A stretch of 64,000 nucleotides of DNA. It comes from Candidatus Hermodarchaeota archaeon. GTDB taxonomy: Archaea; Asgardarchaeota; Lokiarchaeia; Sigyniarchaeales; SOKP01. The notes beneath the pieces are model-generated. The model had not been told where the DNA came from. It made no database searches and saw only the letters and a list, made by a program, of their open reading frames with translations. Where the stretch lies: the NCBI GenBank assembly GCA_048885525.1, contig JBHLLP010000011.1, forward strand, positions 1,552 to 65,551. Direction: 5' to 3'. The position numbers and the translations under genes are program-made. Positions 39,385-47,490 of the stretch are shown here, one piece after another; within the stretch, counting starts at the first letter, position 1; each line of letters begins with the position of its first letter.

Positions 39385-39714
39385 ATGGTTTTAATTGTTG
39401 CTAAAGTCGTGTTTCCCCATGCGAAATCAAATAAAGTGGCGAAAAAGAACATAGAAATGATTCAAAAATATCCTGCTGATCCATCTATTGGTAAAACACT
39501 GGTGATTGGAGTTAAAGCAACGGTGGAGGCCATGGAAGTTTTAGCTGTAGGAGAGGTTAAAAAGGGTAAAGTTGAAGAGTTTATGTCGAGGCTTGCGACC
39601 CAATATCAAGAATATGCTCTACAAATTGATGGATTTAAATATCAGATGGAGACATATTTCTCAATAGCAGAAGCATACAAAATTCTGGGAATGGAACCGC
39701 CTCCAGAAGAATAA
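39385..39714 (+). CDS. hypothetical protein (paralog of 47044..47343)
   Basis: 109 aa, alignable by eye to the 99-aa ORF at 47044..47343. The N-terminal blocks VVFPHAKSNKVAKKNIEM and GTFPGHRASEVGKKFLEL correspond. So do the C-terminal blocks IDGFKYQMETYFSIAEAYKILGME and IEGYEYTLFPVLEAKDALKIIGLS. Confidence 0.5.
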   Translation: MVLIVAKVVFPHAKSNKVAKKNIEMIQKYPADPSIGKTLVIGVKATVEAMEVLAVGEVKKGKVEEFMSRLATQYQEYALQIDGFKYQMETYFSIAEAYKILGMEPPPEE

Positions 39715-39739
39715 ATTAAGACTTAATTCTTTTTTTTTT
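39715..39739 (+). terminator. short hairpin plus T10 tract, candidate terminator of 39385..39714
   Basis: AATTAAGACTTAATT (imperfect small hairpin) is immediately followed by C and then ten T residues (39730-39739), directly after the stop codon. Confidence 0.45.
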
Positions 39740-39833
39740 AATTTACAAAATTTTTGAAATGTTTAAATCGAATCTTTTGTATATAAATATTTTTTTTGTT
39801 TTAATATATTATCGAGATTTACTTTCATTTTAT

Positions 39834-40988
39834 TTAATTTCTAGGATAAATAGCTGAATCTGGGGAAACTTCTTTTTGAAGCATTTTGAATGCTCTTTTA
39901 GAAGATGAGAAGGTCTTAGCGTTATATTTTTTAACTAATTCAACAAGTTCTTCATCAAAAACTCGTACAAACACTCGAATGAATGGATAGCGTAAATGAA
40001 TTTTTGCTGTTAGATAGAGCAATTCATCAAATTCTGAATCTTTTTTCCAACAAATGAATATCTGAGAAACATTTTCGAGATTTACGTGAGCACGTAAATC
40101 ACTTAAAAAGCGAGCGAATTCATTGATAATATGTAATCTCTCATTTACGATAAACTCGATTCCATCATTTTCGTCATCAAAAAGAAAAACCTCACGGTCT
40201 GGTTGTGTAGAGATATGATAGGCAATTCGATGAGTTAGGCTGTCACGACCAATCACAATCGCATTCCCGGTTTTATCTTTTGTCCATTTATGAATACCGT
40301 CCATTGTCCATTTCGATGTGGAAAATGGAAATGCATTTAATGGAGACGCTCTGAGATACTCTTGAACATGGTCTTCAAACGCACGTACATAAATAGGAAC
40401 TTTTGGATTCATTTTACGTATTTTTTCAGTACAAATTAACGCAACTCTAACGTCTCCAACATTAATAAAGACTTCTTTTGCTCGCTTTAAATTGGCATGA
40501 TTGAGATTAGTTATTTCAGTAGCATCGCCAACTACTATTGGTTGCCCCGCATTAATTAAATCTTCGACTGCTTCTTCATTATCTTCTATAAGACAGAAAG
40601 GTTTTTTATTTTCGATACATAATTCAATTATTCTTTTAGAAAGATGATGATATCCAATAATTACTGTGTGATTTTTCTTATGACTAGCCAAAATTCTACT
40701 TGTTATAAGGGGATTATACTTTTCCAATAATTCTCCAATTATGAAACCAAATACTATAACTTCCAATAAAATTGGCCATAGTAATGCATATAAATTCGCA
40801 AAATCACTTGCATCAGGGGGAAATCGCACAGTTAAAGAGTATAAGAAAATAATTCCAATATTTTGGCCGGACTCAGTAATAAGAAAGAAAAGAAAACCAC
40901 CAAACCAAAATAAAAATAGAAAAATAAAAGCTATCTTGTATTGCTTTAGCTTAAGCCTGAATTCAATGAAAAAGTTTACTAATTTCAT
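39834..40988 (-). CDS. 2-TM channel-like membrane protein with cytoplasmic RCK/TrkA-N domain(s); no canonical K+ filter
   Basis: Two N-terminal TM helices flank a re-entrant-like segment YSLTVRFPPDASDF. A Rossmann segment HTVIIGYHHLSKRIIELC...VVGDATE (TrkA-N) follows, and a second, similar-sized domain comes after it. Confidence 0.5.
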   Translation of the reverse strand: MKLVNFFIEFRLKLKQYKIAFIFLFLFWFGGFLFFLITESGQNIGIIFLYSLTVRFPPDASDFANLYALLWPILLEVIVFGFIIGELLEKYNPLITSRILASHKKNHTVIIGYHHLSKRIIELCIENKKPFCLIEDNEEAVEDLINAGQPIVVGDATEITNLNHANLKRAKEVFINVGDVRVALICTEKIRKMNPKVPIYVRAFEDHVQEYLRASPLNAFPFSTSKWTMDGIHKWTKDKTGNAIVIGRDSLTHRIAYHISTQPDREVFLFDDENDGIEFIVNERLHIINEFARFLSDLRAHVNLENVSQIFICWKKDSEFDELLYLTAKIHLRYPFIRVFVRVFDEELVELVKKYNAKTFSSSKRAFKMLQKEVSPDSAIYPRN

Positions 40989-41194
40989 AAATTAAGATAA
41001 AACACTCCAATATAAAAAAGATTTGATCTAATTTATGTGAGAATTCCAATTAATTTTTTGTCAAATGGGGAAGTTTATACCCGATTGCTTTTTATACAAA
41101 AAAATTATTAAAAAATGTCTCTAATCTAGTCTTTTATTCTTAAAATATTGAAATTCAACTAAATATTGGGAATTTACTATTTATTCAATTAAGT

Positions 41195-43045
41195 TTATTG
41201 AGAATATTGAGAGTTATCAGTTTCTACAGTAATTTCTCCATTAATTTCAAGTAATTTTGAACCACAATCCTCACAATAAACGGGTATCCCGCCCAATATT
41301 TTTCTAACGAGCTCTACTGGCAAGTTTTCTCGACATTCAGGACAATTTTGTGGACTAATCGAATTTTCAAATTCAGACATAATAGAAGGAGTCATATCCT
41401 CGTCCTCAGCAAATATATCCACTTTCAAAACTGAAAATTGCTCATCTTTGTTTCCATTTAGAGTTAATAGTAATCCAACAGAATGTTTGCTAAAAGTACC
41501 TTCAGCATAACCTTTGATAAATCCATGGAATTTTCCTTCTAATTCTTCTTTTTCAGAATCAATGATTGCAAAATTTTTCCTTTTTAAAAGATTAGATAAT
41601 TTTTGGTACAATTGAATGGCATTATATGGAATTGTAAATTCTTGTCCAACTTTTTTGAATGTAAGAAGATCTTTAGTGAGATTTTCAAAATCTTCATTTG
41701 ATACTATCTTTGGTCTTAATAGTCCACATATCATTCGGATCTCATGTGGTTCTACATTGATGGTATCGATCTGATCTTTTTCATTAATAAAATTAACTAC
41801 AGCATGAACAGTTCCTTTGATACAATCTTTTTTTGGCTTAAAAACGAAAGTGGGGCTTACAAATCCTCCACCTTTTGAAATTTTGTGAAATTTTGCACTG
41901 TCTGGAGAAAATTGTGGATGTCCATCTACACGTGATAAGATTAAACTTTCCTCTGGATATGAAAGTATATTTATATTGATATTAGTAATGTTAAAGTTTC
42001 TGTTATTAATAACTTTGATCTTGAAGAGATATTCACCTCCCTCAATCTGTCCTCCCCTAAGCACTCGTATATCTGGAGATTTCACATCCGGTTCAGCTGG
42101 AATTGGGGTTGAACTAGAAACACTTTCGCCTTGGGTTGTGTTTGAAGGTTCAATAATTTGTTTAGTTTTGAGAGTTTGCGATTCTAAAGCAAATTTTTTA
42201 CTTGGCATTTCGATAAGATCGCTCTTATCACCTTTAACTAATTTGAAAAGAGAAATTTTATTTTTTGAAGCTGCTACCAAAAGTACGTTTTCTTTTTGTT
42301 CTGAAGAGATTGTATAAGTATCAAGACACTGAATTTTTACCCCTAATTTATGATTGCCAATAATCTCTTCATTTAAATTAATAGCATTTAAAAATCCGTT
42401 TTTATCACCTACAATTAAGATGGGTTGGTTATATATATTACAAAATGTTAGGCATATCGGTTGATACTGTAAGTCAAAAACCAATTCTGAATCTATATCA
42501 TTAATAACATTAAGAATTTTCCCTGATTTAAGTAAAACAAAGATTTTTTTTGTGATATCATTAGATAAATTACCGATAGTGCAATCCATGACTGGTTCAG
42601 GGGCTTTAAATTCTAAAAATTTATTTCCTTTATTATCTAGTCCAAATATTCGTTGATTTTCTAAACCAACTATAATTTCATCTCTACTATCGTCTCTTAA
42701 ATCGCCAGTTTCCATACAAATTACTGGGGAATTTAGATTTGTTGACCAGATTGGATTTCCTTTTTTATCCATTACATAGATATTTCCATCCAACGCTCCT
42801 GATATTAATTCAATATTATCTTTTTTACTTACAGATGCTATTTCGAAGCAGGTTATATTCGAAGCGAATTCAGTGTTAAAAACTTCATTACCTTTTAGAT
42901 CAAAAGCTTTCATTTCTGCATTGAATGAACATCCAATTATTTCAGGTTCTGAGTCCCCTAATAGATTTGCGATTATACAAGAATAGACAGATTTTTGAAA
43001 TTGACGTACCCAAAGTAATTGTAGTTTAATGTATTGCAATGTCAT
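41195..43045 (-). CDS. cytoplasmic beta-propeller (FG-GAP/PQQ-like blades) - S/T/P linker - beta-sandwich - alpha/beta domain - C-terminal zinc ribbon protein
   Basis: No signal peptide. Blade-like repeats are present (GDSEPEIIGCS..AFDLKGNEVF; ALDGNIYVMDKKGNPIWS; GDLRDDSRDEIIVGLENQRIFGLDNKGNKF; ILIVGDKNGFLNAINL). The linker is TTQGESVSSSTPIPAEPDVKSPD. IRVLRGGQIEGGEYLFKIKVINN marks a beta-sandwich. The ribbon is CPECREN...YCEDCGSKL. Confidence 0.6.
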   Translation of the reverse strand: MTLQYIKLQLLWVRQFQKSVYSCIIANLLGDSEPEIIGCSFNAEMKAFDLKGNEVFNTEFASNITCFEIASVSKKDNIELISGALDGNIYVMDKKGNPIWSTNLNSPVICMETGDLRDDSRDEIIVGLENQRIFGLDNKGNKFLEFKAPEPVMDCTIGNLSNDITKKIFVLLKSGKILNVINDIDSELVFDLQYQPICLTFCNIYNQPILIVGDKNGFLNAINLNEEIIGNHKLGVKIQCLDTYTISSEQKENVLLVAASKNKISLFKLVKGDKSDLIEMPSKKFALESQTLKTKQIIEPSNTTQGESVSSSTPIPAEPDVKSPDIRVLRGGQIEGGEYLFKIKVINNRNFNITNININILSYPEESLILSRVDGHPQFSPDSAKFHKISKGGGFVSPTFVFKPKKDCIKGTVHAVVNFINEKDQIDTINVEPHEIRMICGLLRPKIVSNEDFENLTKDLLTFKKVGQEFTIPYNAIQLYQKLSNLLKRKNFAIIDSEKEELEGKFHGFIKGYAEGTFSKHSVGLLLTLNGNKDEQFSVLKVDIFAEDEDMTPSIMSEFENSISPQNCPECRENLPVELVRKILGGIPVYCEDCGSKLLEINGEITVETDNSQYSQ

Positions 43046-43201
43046 TTTAAATCCTTATCTGAAAAATTCTATTTATGTTCAATATAATATAAATTGACTT
43101 AATCATAAAAATAAATCTAAAAGAATTATTCGATAAAAATAATATCCTATCACAAAAAGTAATAAAAAAAAAGAACTTAGAGGAATCTCTGTATTTTCTT
43201 A

Positions 43202-43666
43202 TCATTCTGGCTTTTCTTCTACATCTTCTTTGACTTTCTTTACTAATTTTTTAAAAGCTTGTGTTAAACTACCTATTTCAGGATCTTGTTCTTCTAATTC
43301 TTTATCGAAATCTGTATCAATCTCTTGAAAAGATAGAGTTTTGAGATCGTGGGTGCATAGCTTTAAAGCAATATTTGTTAATTTATGAATTGGATTTACT
43401 ATTGAATCGGAGAGTTTCAAACCAATAAAAAGACTTATTACGATAATTTGCCATAGTGATATAAAGATTATTGCTAATTCTATCTCAAGAGTTTCAGTAA
43501 TTTTAGCTTGATCCTCAGGTGTAGCACCAACAATACTGTTACCAATAACCTCATTAAATATTGCGGCAATAATAGCAATACTCCCCAACGCTATTACACA
43601 AACTATAACGAAACTCAAAAGAATTTCTTGTCTAACCCCAAATTTTCTTTTTTTTTGTTGAACCAT
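43202..43666 (-). CDS. two-TM protein with a divergent HAMP-like cytoplasmic domain
   Basis: TM1, a short external loop (GATPEDQAKITETLE) and TM2. Then IVNPIHKLTNIALKL...DPEIGSLTQAFKKLVKKV (P-helix...EIGxLxxxF, HAMP-like). The ATG is 2 nt after the upstream stop, with GAGGAGGG in the upstream gene's last codons. Confidence 0.55.
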   Translation of the reverse strand: MVQQKKRKFGVRQEILLSFVIVCVIALGSIAIIAAIFNEVIGNSIVGATPEDQAKITETLEIELAIIFISLWQIIVISLFIGLKLSDSIVNPIHKLTNIALKLCTHDLKTLSFQEIDTDFDKELEEQDPEIGSLTQAFKKLVKKVKEDVEEKPE

Positions 43667-43668
43667 CT

Positions 43669-45393
43669 TTATCCCTCCTCTGGTACAAAACCTTCTATTT
43701 CTGATGACACCATTATTTCCTTAACCTTTGTAAAAGCATCAGCGATTCTCTTTGAAACGTTTTTAGCAGAATAAATTGTGATATATTTACCAAGTGGAGT
43801 TGCATTAACAATTTCTGTCATTTTTCGATGAACGCGTTTTAGTTCGGGTCCAACTCCAATTAAAATAATATTGAGGGGAGGCTCAACTTTTTTTATATAA
43901 TTTGCAACTTTGCGAGAATTATACTTTTTACTTTGATTATCTTCTCCATCTGTTAGAGTTACAATCCATTTCTGTCGTTCTTGAGTTTTTTGTTCTGAAA
44001 TTGGTGGTGCTCCCAATAATATATCTATTGCATTAGCTATTGCATCATATAAACTAGTTTGATAAGGTAAAAAGTCCATTTTTTTAAATATATTAGTAAT
44101 TTGCGATACATTACCTTTTTTCTCTGTTAATTTGAGATGGTTATGTACAATAGAATCAAAACCAATAATTGCAACTCTATCTCCAATGTTTATTGTTTCA
44201 TTGAAGACTCCCAAAGCTCCTGTTCGAGCTGCCCCCATTTTTCCCCACATGCCCATGCTCCCAGATTGATCAATTACAAAAACCACATCTTTTTTACGAA
44301 CCAGTACATCATCTACTTTTGAAAGTTCAAGCTCTGCTTTATGATGAAGAGTTGTATTATCCTGACTTTCATATAATTGAACCATAACTTCAAGGACATT
44401 TTTCATTAAAGGATAATTCCCAAGATTTTCTGCTAATTTCAAAGCATTTTTAAAATGATCCTCTGCAATCCCTGGATTGTTTTTTAATATATTTAGCCTC
44501 CCTAGTTGAAATTCATCTTCTGATAATCCTACATTATTTTCCCATTTACTATCAAGTCTAAATGCCTCATCAAGTTGTTCTTGAGCGAGATTCAATTCAT
44601 TTTTTAACATGTGAAGTACTCCTATATTTCTTTTTCTTGAAGCAATTCCTAACTTATCTCCCAACTCATTGTCAAGTTTAAGAGCTTTGTTAAAATCGTC
44701 CATTGCTTCTTGCCATCGTTCTTCTGAAAGAAAAAGAAGAGCACGATTGTTATATCTGGCACTTAATGCTCCAATATCCTCCTGTTCTTCACCAATTTTA
44801 ATCGCCTTATTATAACTTTTCCTTGCTTTATCAATATCACCCCAATTCCTGTAAATATTTCCAAGATTATTTAAACACATGCTCTCTCCATGAAGATTTT
44901 TTGTTGTTTGAAATAATTCTAAAGCAGCATTATAGTTTCTGAAAGCAAGCATCAAATTACCTTGATAATAACTTTTATTCCCTAAACGCATTGTAACCAA
45001 TAAACTCTGAAAAGATTGGGCAAGTACACCAATTTCATTTCTTCTCATTCTTCCACTCATAGGAATTTCTTGGGTTAAATCACCTTCAGATATTTGTTCT
45101 ATTGAATGTGTTAGCTCTATAATTGGTTTGGTTATTCTTCTGGAGATACCATTTACAGCAAAAAATATGATAATACCGGTTATAGCTGATCCAATAATGA
45201 TGGTTATGATTAAAGGGCTTTTTAAAGCTTCAAGTGAACTGTACCCTAATCCTATAAAATAGTCAATATTTGTTAAGAGTTGATACGCTAAGAAAATTGT
45301 TAAAAGTATGAAGGGGATTGAAATACAGGTAATCATAACAATGAAGAGCCGTTGTCGTAATGTTCTTCTTTTTCTTATTTTTTTAACTTCCAT
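43669..45393 (-). CDS. TM-HAMP-TPR-vWA (intact MIDAS) membrane protein
   Basis: Two TM helices. A canonical HAMP (ITKPIIELTHSIEQISEGDLTQEIP...RNEIGVLAQSFQSLL). About 6-7 TPR units (e.g. AFRNYNAALELFQ, ARKSYNKAIKI, AMDDFNKALKL, AEDHFKNALKLA). A vWA domain with VVFVIDQSGSMG (DxSxS), QTSLYDA (Thr) and TLTDGEDN (Asp). Confidence 0.75.
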   Translation of the reverse strand: MEVKKIRKRRTLRQRLFIVMITCISIPFILLTIFLAYQLLTNIDYFIGLGYSSLEALKSPLIITIIIGSAITGIIIFFAVNGISRRITKPIIELTHSIEQISEGDLTQEIPMSGRMRRNEIGVLAQSFQSLLVTMRLGNKSYYQGNLMLAFRNYNAALELFQTTKNLHGESMCLNNLGNIYRNWGDIDKARKSYNKAIKIGEEQEDIGALSARYNNRALLFLSEERWQEAMDDFNKALKLDNELGDKLGIASRKRNIGVLHMLKNELNLAQEQLDEAFRLDSKWENNVGLSEDEFQLGRLNILKNNPGIAEDHFKNALKLAENLGNYPLMKNVLEVMVQLYESQDNTTLHHKAELELSKVDDVLVRKKDVVFVIDQSGSMGMWGKMGAARTGALGVFNETINIGDRVAIIGFDSIVHNHLKLTEKKGNVSQITNIFKKMDFLPYQTSLYDAIANAIDILLGAPPISEQKTQERQKWIVTLTDGEDNQSKKYNSRKVANYIKKVEPPLNIILIGVGPELKRVHRKMTEIVNATPLGKYITIYSAKNVSKRIADAFTKVKEIMVSSEIEGFVPEEG

Positions 45394-45426
45394 TTTATTT
45401 TTTCACTCTCTTATTTCTTATAAAAA

Positions 45427-46182
45427 TTAAACTCCCTTGTCTATTCCTTCATATATTAGAAAGATCGATGTAAAAATAGAAGCTTTAACAATAGCTAAAC
45501 CAATCAATGGCATATCAGAAACACCTGCATCAATGATTCCAAAAAGAGAAACAAACATTATACCTAATCCCATTGAATATCTCCTCCATTTAGCGGTTTT
45601 ATCCTCGAGTTTTGACCCAGATTGAAGAATAGCCGGTCCTAAGATTACCATCATAATAACCAGCACCACCCCCAATAATGCCAATGCCAAACCTTTAATC
45701 CCTGTAGATGGTAAACCTCCACCTATTTCCTCGGATGGTTTCCAGGAAGTATATGTTGAAGGATTGGAATAAATTAAAATAGCGAAAATTATACTCACTA
45801 TTCCTACTATGCCTGTAATTGGGATTTTATAACGACCTTCTTTAAACAAATCTGAAGCTATATATGCCCAAATGGTTGCACCTAAAGCAGGACCCCAAGC
45901 ATATCCAAGAACGCCGATATTTGGATCACCATCCGGATACCCTAATGGAGGAAAACCGAAAATCATTAATAAAAAACTTGCAGAGACTCCAAACCAAGCG
46001 TGAAAAACGGAGATTAAACCAATTCCACTTAATATTAATCTTTTTTTAACTTTTATATCAGTTGCTTTTCTAGCATGCTTAAAAATGAGGATAAAAGCTA
46101 ATATATAACCAGCGGCAATAATTTCAAGACCTGTGAGTCCATTTATTATATCAATATTTGGAAGAACCATATATGTTAACAC
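45427..46182 (-). CDS. polytopic (about 7-TM) hypothetical membrane protein
   Basis: 251 aa with about seven hydrophobic helices and no recognisable motif. Its stop lies 33 nt upstream of the HAMP-TPR-vWA gene start, on the same strand. Confidence 0.5.
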   Translation of the reverse strand: MLTYMVLPNIDIINGLTGLEIIAAGYILAFILIFKHARKATDIKVKKRLILSGIGLISVFHAWFGVSASFLLMIFGFPPLGYPDGDPNIGVLGYAWGPALGATIWAYIASDLFKEGRYKIPITGIVGIVSIIFAILIYSNPSTYTSWKPSEEIGGGLPSTGIKGLALALLGVVLVIMMVILGPAILQSGSKLEDKTAKWRRYSMGLGIMFVSLFGIIDAGVSDMPLIGLAIVKASIFTSIFLIYEGIDKGV

Positions 46183-46291
46183 CCCTTATTTACATGAACA
46201 TCCATAATTAAAATTTTTTTATTAATAATTTTTATAAACTCCAACTAATATTTTGATGGAGTAATATATAAATTTAGTATGTAGCTATTAA

Positions 46292-46340
46292 TGGTAAATC
46301 AATATATTTTGGTGGTAAAGTTTTATAGATTACTGGTAAA
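46292..46340. promoter_or_regulatory. three direct TGGTAAA repeats about two helical turns apart, upstream of the 46182 minus-strand cluster
   Basis: TGGTAAA occurs at 46292-46298, 46314-46320 and 46334-46340 (spacing 22 and 20 nt). This is 110-160 nt upstream of the start of 45427..46182. Confidence 0.25.
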
Positions 46341-46505
46341 ATTATAACAATTTTTAATAGTGAAAACTATTTTCCATAAAAACACTAATTTGTAAAAATC
46401 AGATAATTGATATTATATAAATATCGTACTTTGCCCTGTAAAAGACTTCTTAATTGACATTCAAATAAGTTAATATTGAAATTCAAATAGACAATGAGTA
46501 GTAGT

Positions 46506-46952
46506 TTAACTCTTTTTTTTTAACCATTTTGGAATTCTATAATTATCTACTGTAATACAAACCCCATGTTCCCAATCTGGAAAAGGTTTAATATCTAACA
46601 CAGGTGTACCATCAAGAGCATCAAGACCCTTTACCCAAAGCACACTTTTTTCATGCTTTATTAGCTCAACTAGAGTTAAACCAAAAGGATTTGGATGAAT
46701 TGGGGCCCTTGTTGCAAAAATACCTAATGGCTTCGAATCTACTGTTTTCCCTGGATGATGTAAATAGGTGGTATCCTTAACTTTATCCATCCAAAAGATA
46801 ACATAAATATGAGAGAACCCTTCAATGCCATCTAAAGCCTTAGTTAAACGCTTATCAATTATTATCTTTGAAATAAGGCTCCGATCTTTATCATCCTCGT
46901 TAGATGATTGCCTTTTTACAAAACCTATTGGATTAATTTGAATTGGGGTCAT
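46506..46952 (-). CDS. trmO: tRNA (N6-threonylcarbamoyladenosine(37)-N6)-methyltransferase TrmO/TsaA (YaeB) family
   Basis: NPIGFV, GIEGFSHIYVIFW, GIFATRAPIHPNPFGLTLVEL, LDALDGTPVLDIKPF. Confidence 0.8.
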   Translation of the reverse strand: MTPIQINPIGFVKRQSSNEDDKDRSLISKIIIDKRLTKALDGIEGFSHIYVIFWMDKVKDTTYLHHPGKTVDSKPLGIFATRAPIHPNPFGLTLVELIKHEKSVLWVKGLDALDGTPVLDIKPFPDWEHGVCITVDNYRIPKWLKKKS

Positions 46953-47043
46953 AAGCTAAAATAAACTAGGTTAAAATAAAAATAGTCTGGTTTCATCAAG
47001 ATGATAAAAAAAAAAAAGGAGTTTATATATAGGAATATTGGGT

Positions 47044-47343
47044 TTAACTTAATCCTATAATTTTAAGGGCATCTTTTGCTTCTAACACAGGAAACAATGT
47101 ATATTCATATCCTTCGATATCCATATATCCCGCAAATCTAGTAACTATTGCTTTTATTGCTTCAAAATATTTATCTTCTTCCGTGATTTCGTAAATTGTA
47201 AAGAATCTATAACCTTTATCCGCTGTATTGAAAACGTGCTCAGTTTTAATATAATCAGGTAATTTGGGGAGTTCTAGAAACTTTTTTCCTACTTCAGAGG
47301 CTCGATGCCCTGGAAATGTACCAGTAACAACTACATATGCCAT
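47044..47343 (-). CDS. hypothetical protein (paralog of 39385..39714)
   Basis: See 39385..39714. Same length class and alignable blocks. Confidence 0.5.
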   Translation of the reverse strand: MAYVVVTGTFPGHRASEVGKKFLELPKLPDYIKTEHVFNTADKGYRFFTIYEITEEDKYFEAIKAIVTRFAGYMDIEGYEYTLFPVLEAKDALKIIGLS

Positions 47344-47490
47344 AATATGATTTAACCTCTATTTTTACTTCTAGAGTATAGTTAAATTGCCAAATTATTC
47401 TTTTTAAAACAATTTATTATTAGATTTCGTTTGAATTAAGTATAGTTTTATAATGTATATATTCTTTTTTTTTCAAGGGATTTAAAAAAG

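Noticed and set aside
39834-40988. Annotating this gene as a bona fide potassium channel
   Set aside because: No T(V/I)GYG-like filter is present. Only the overall TM plus RCK layout supports the idea, so I kept it as 'channel-like'.
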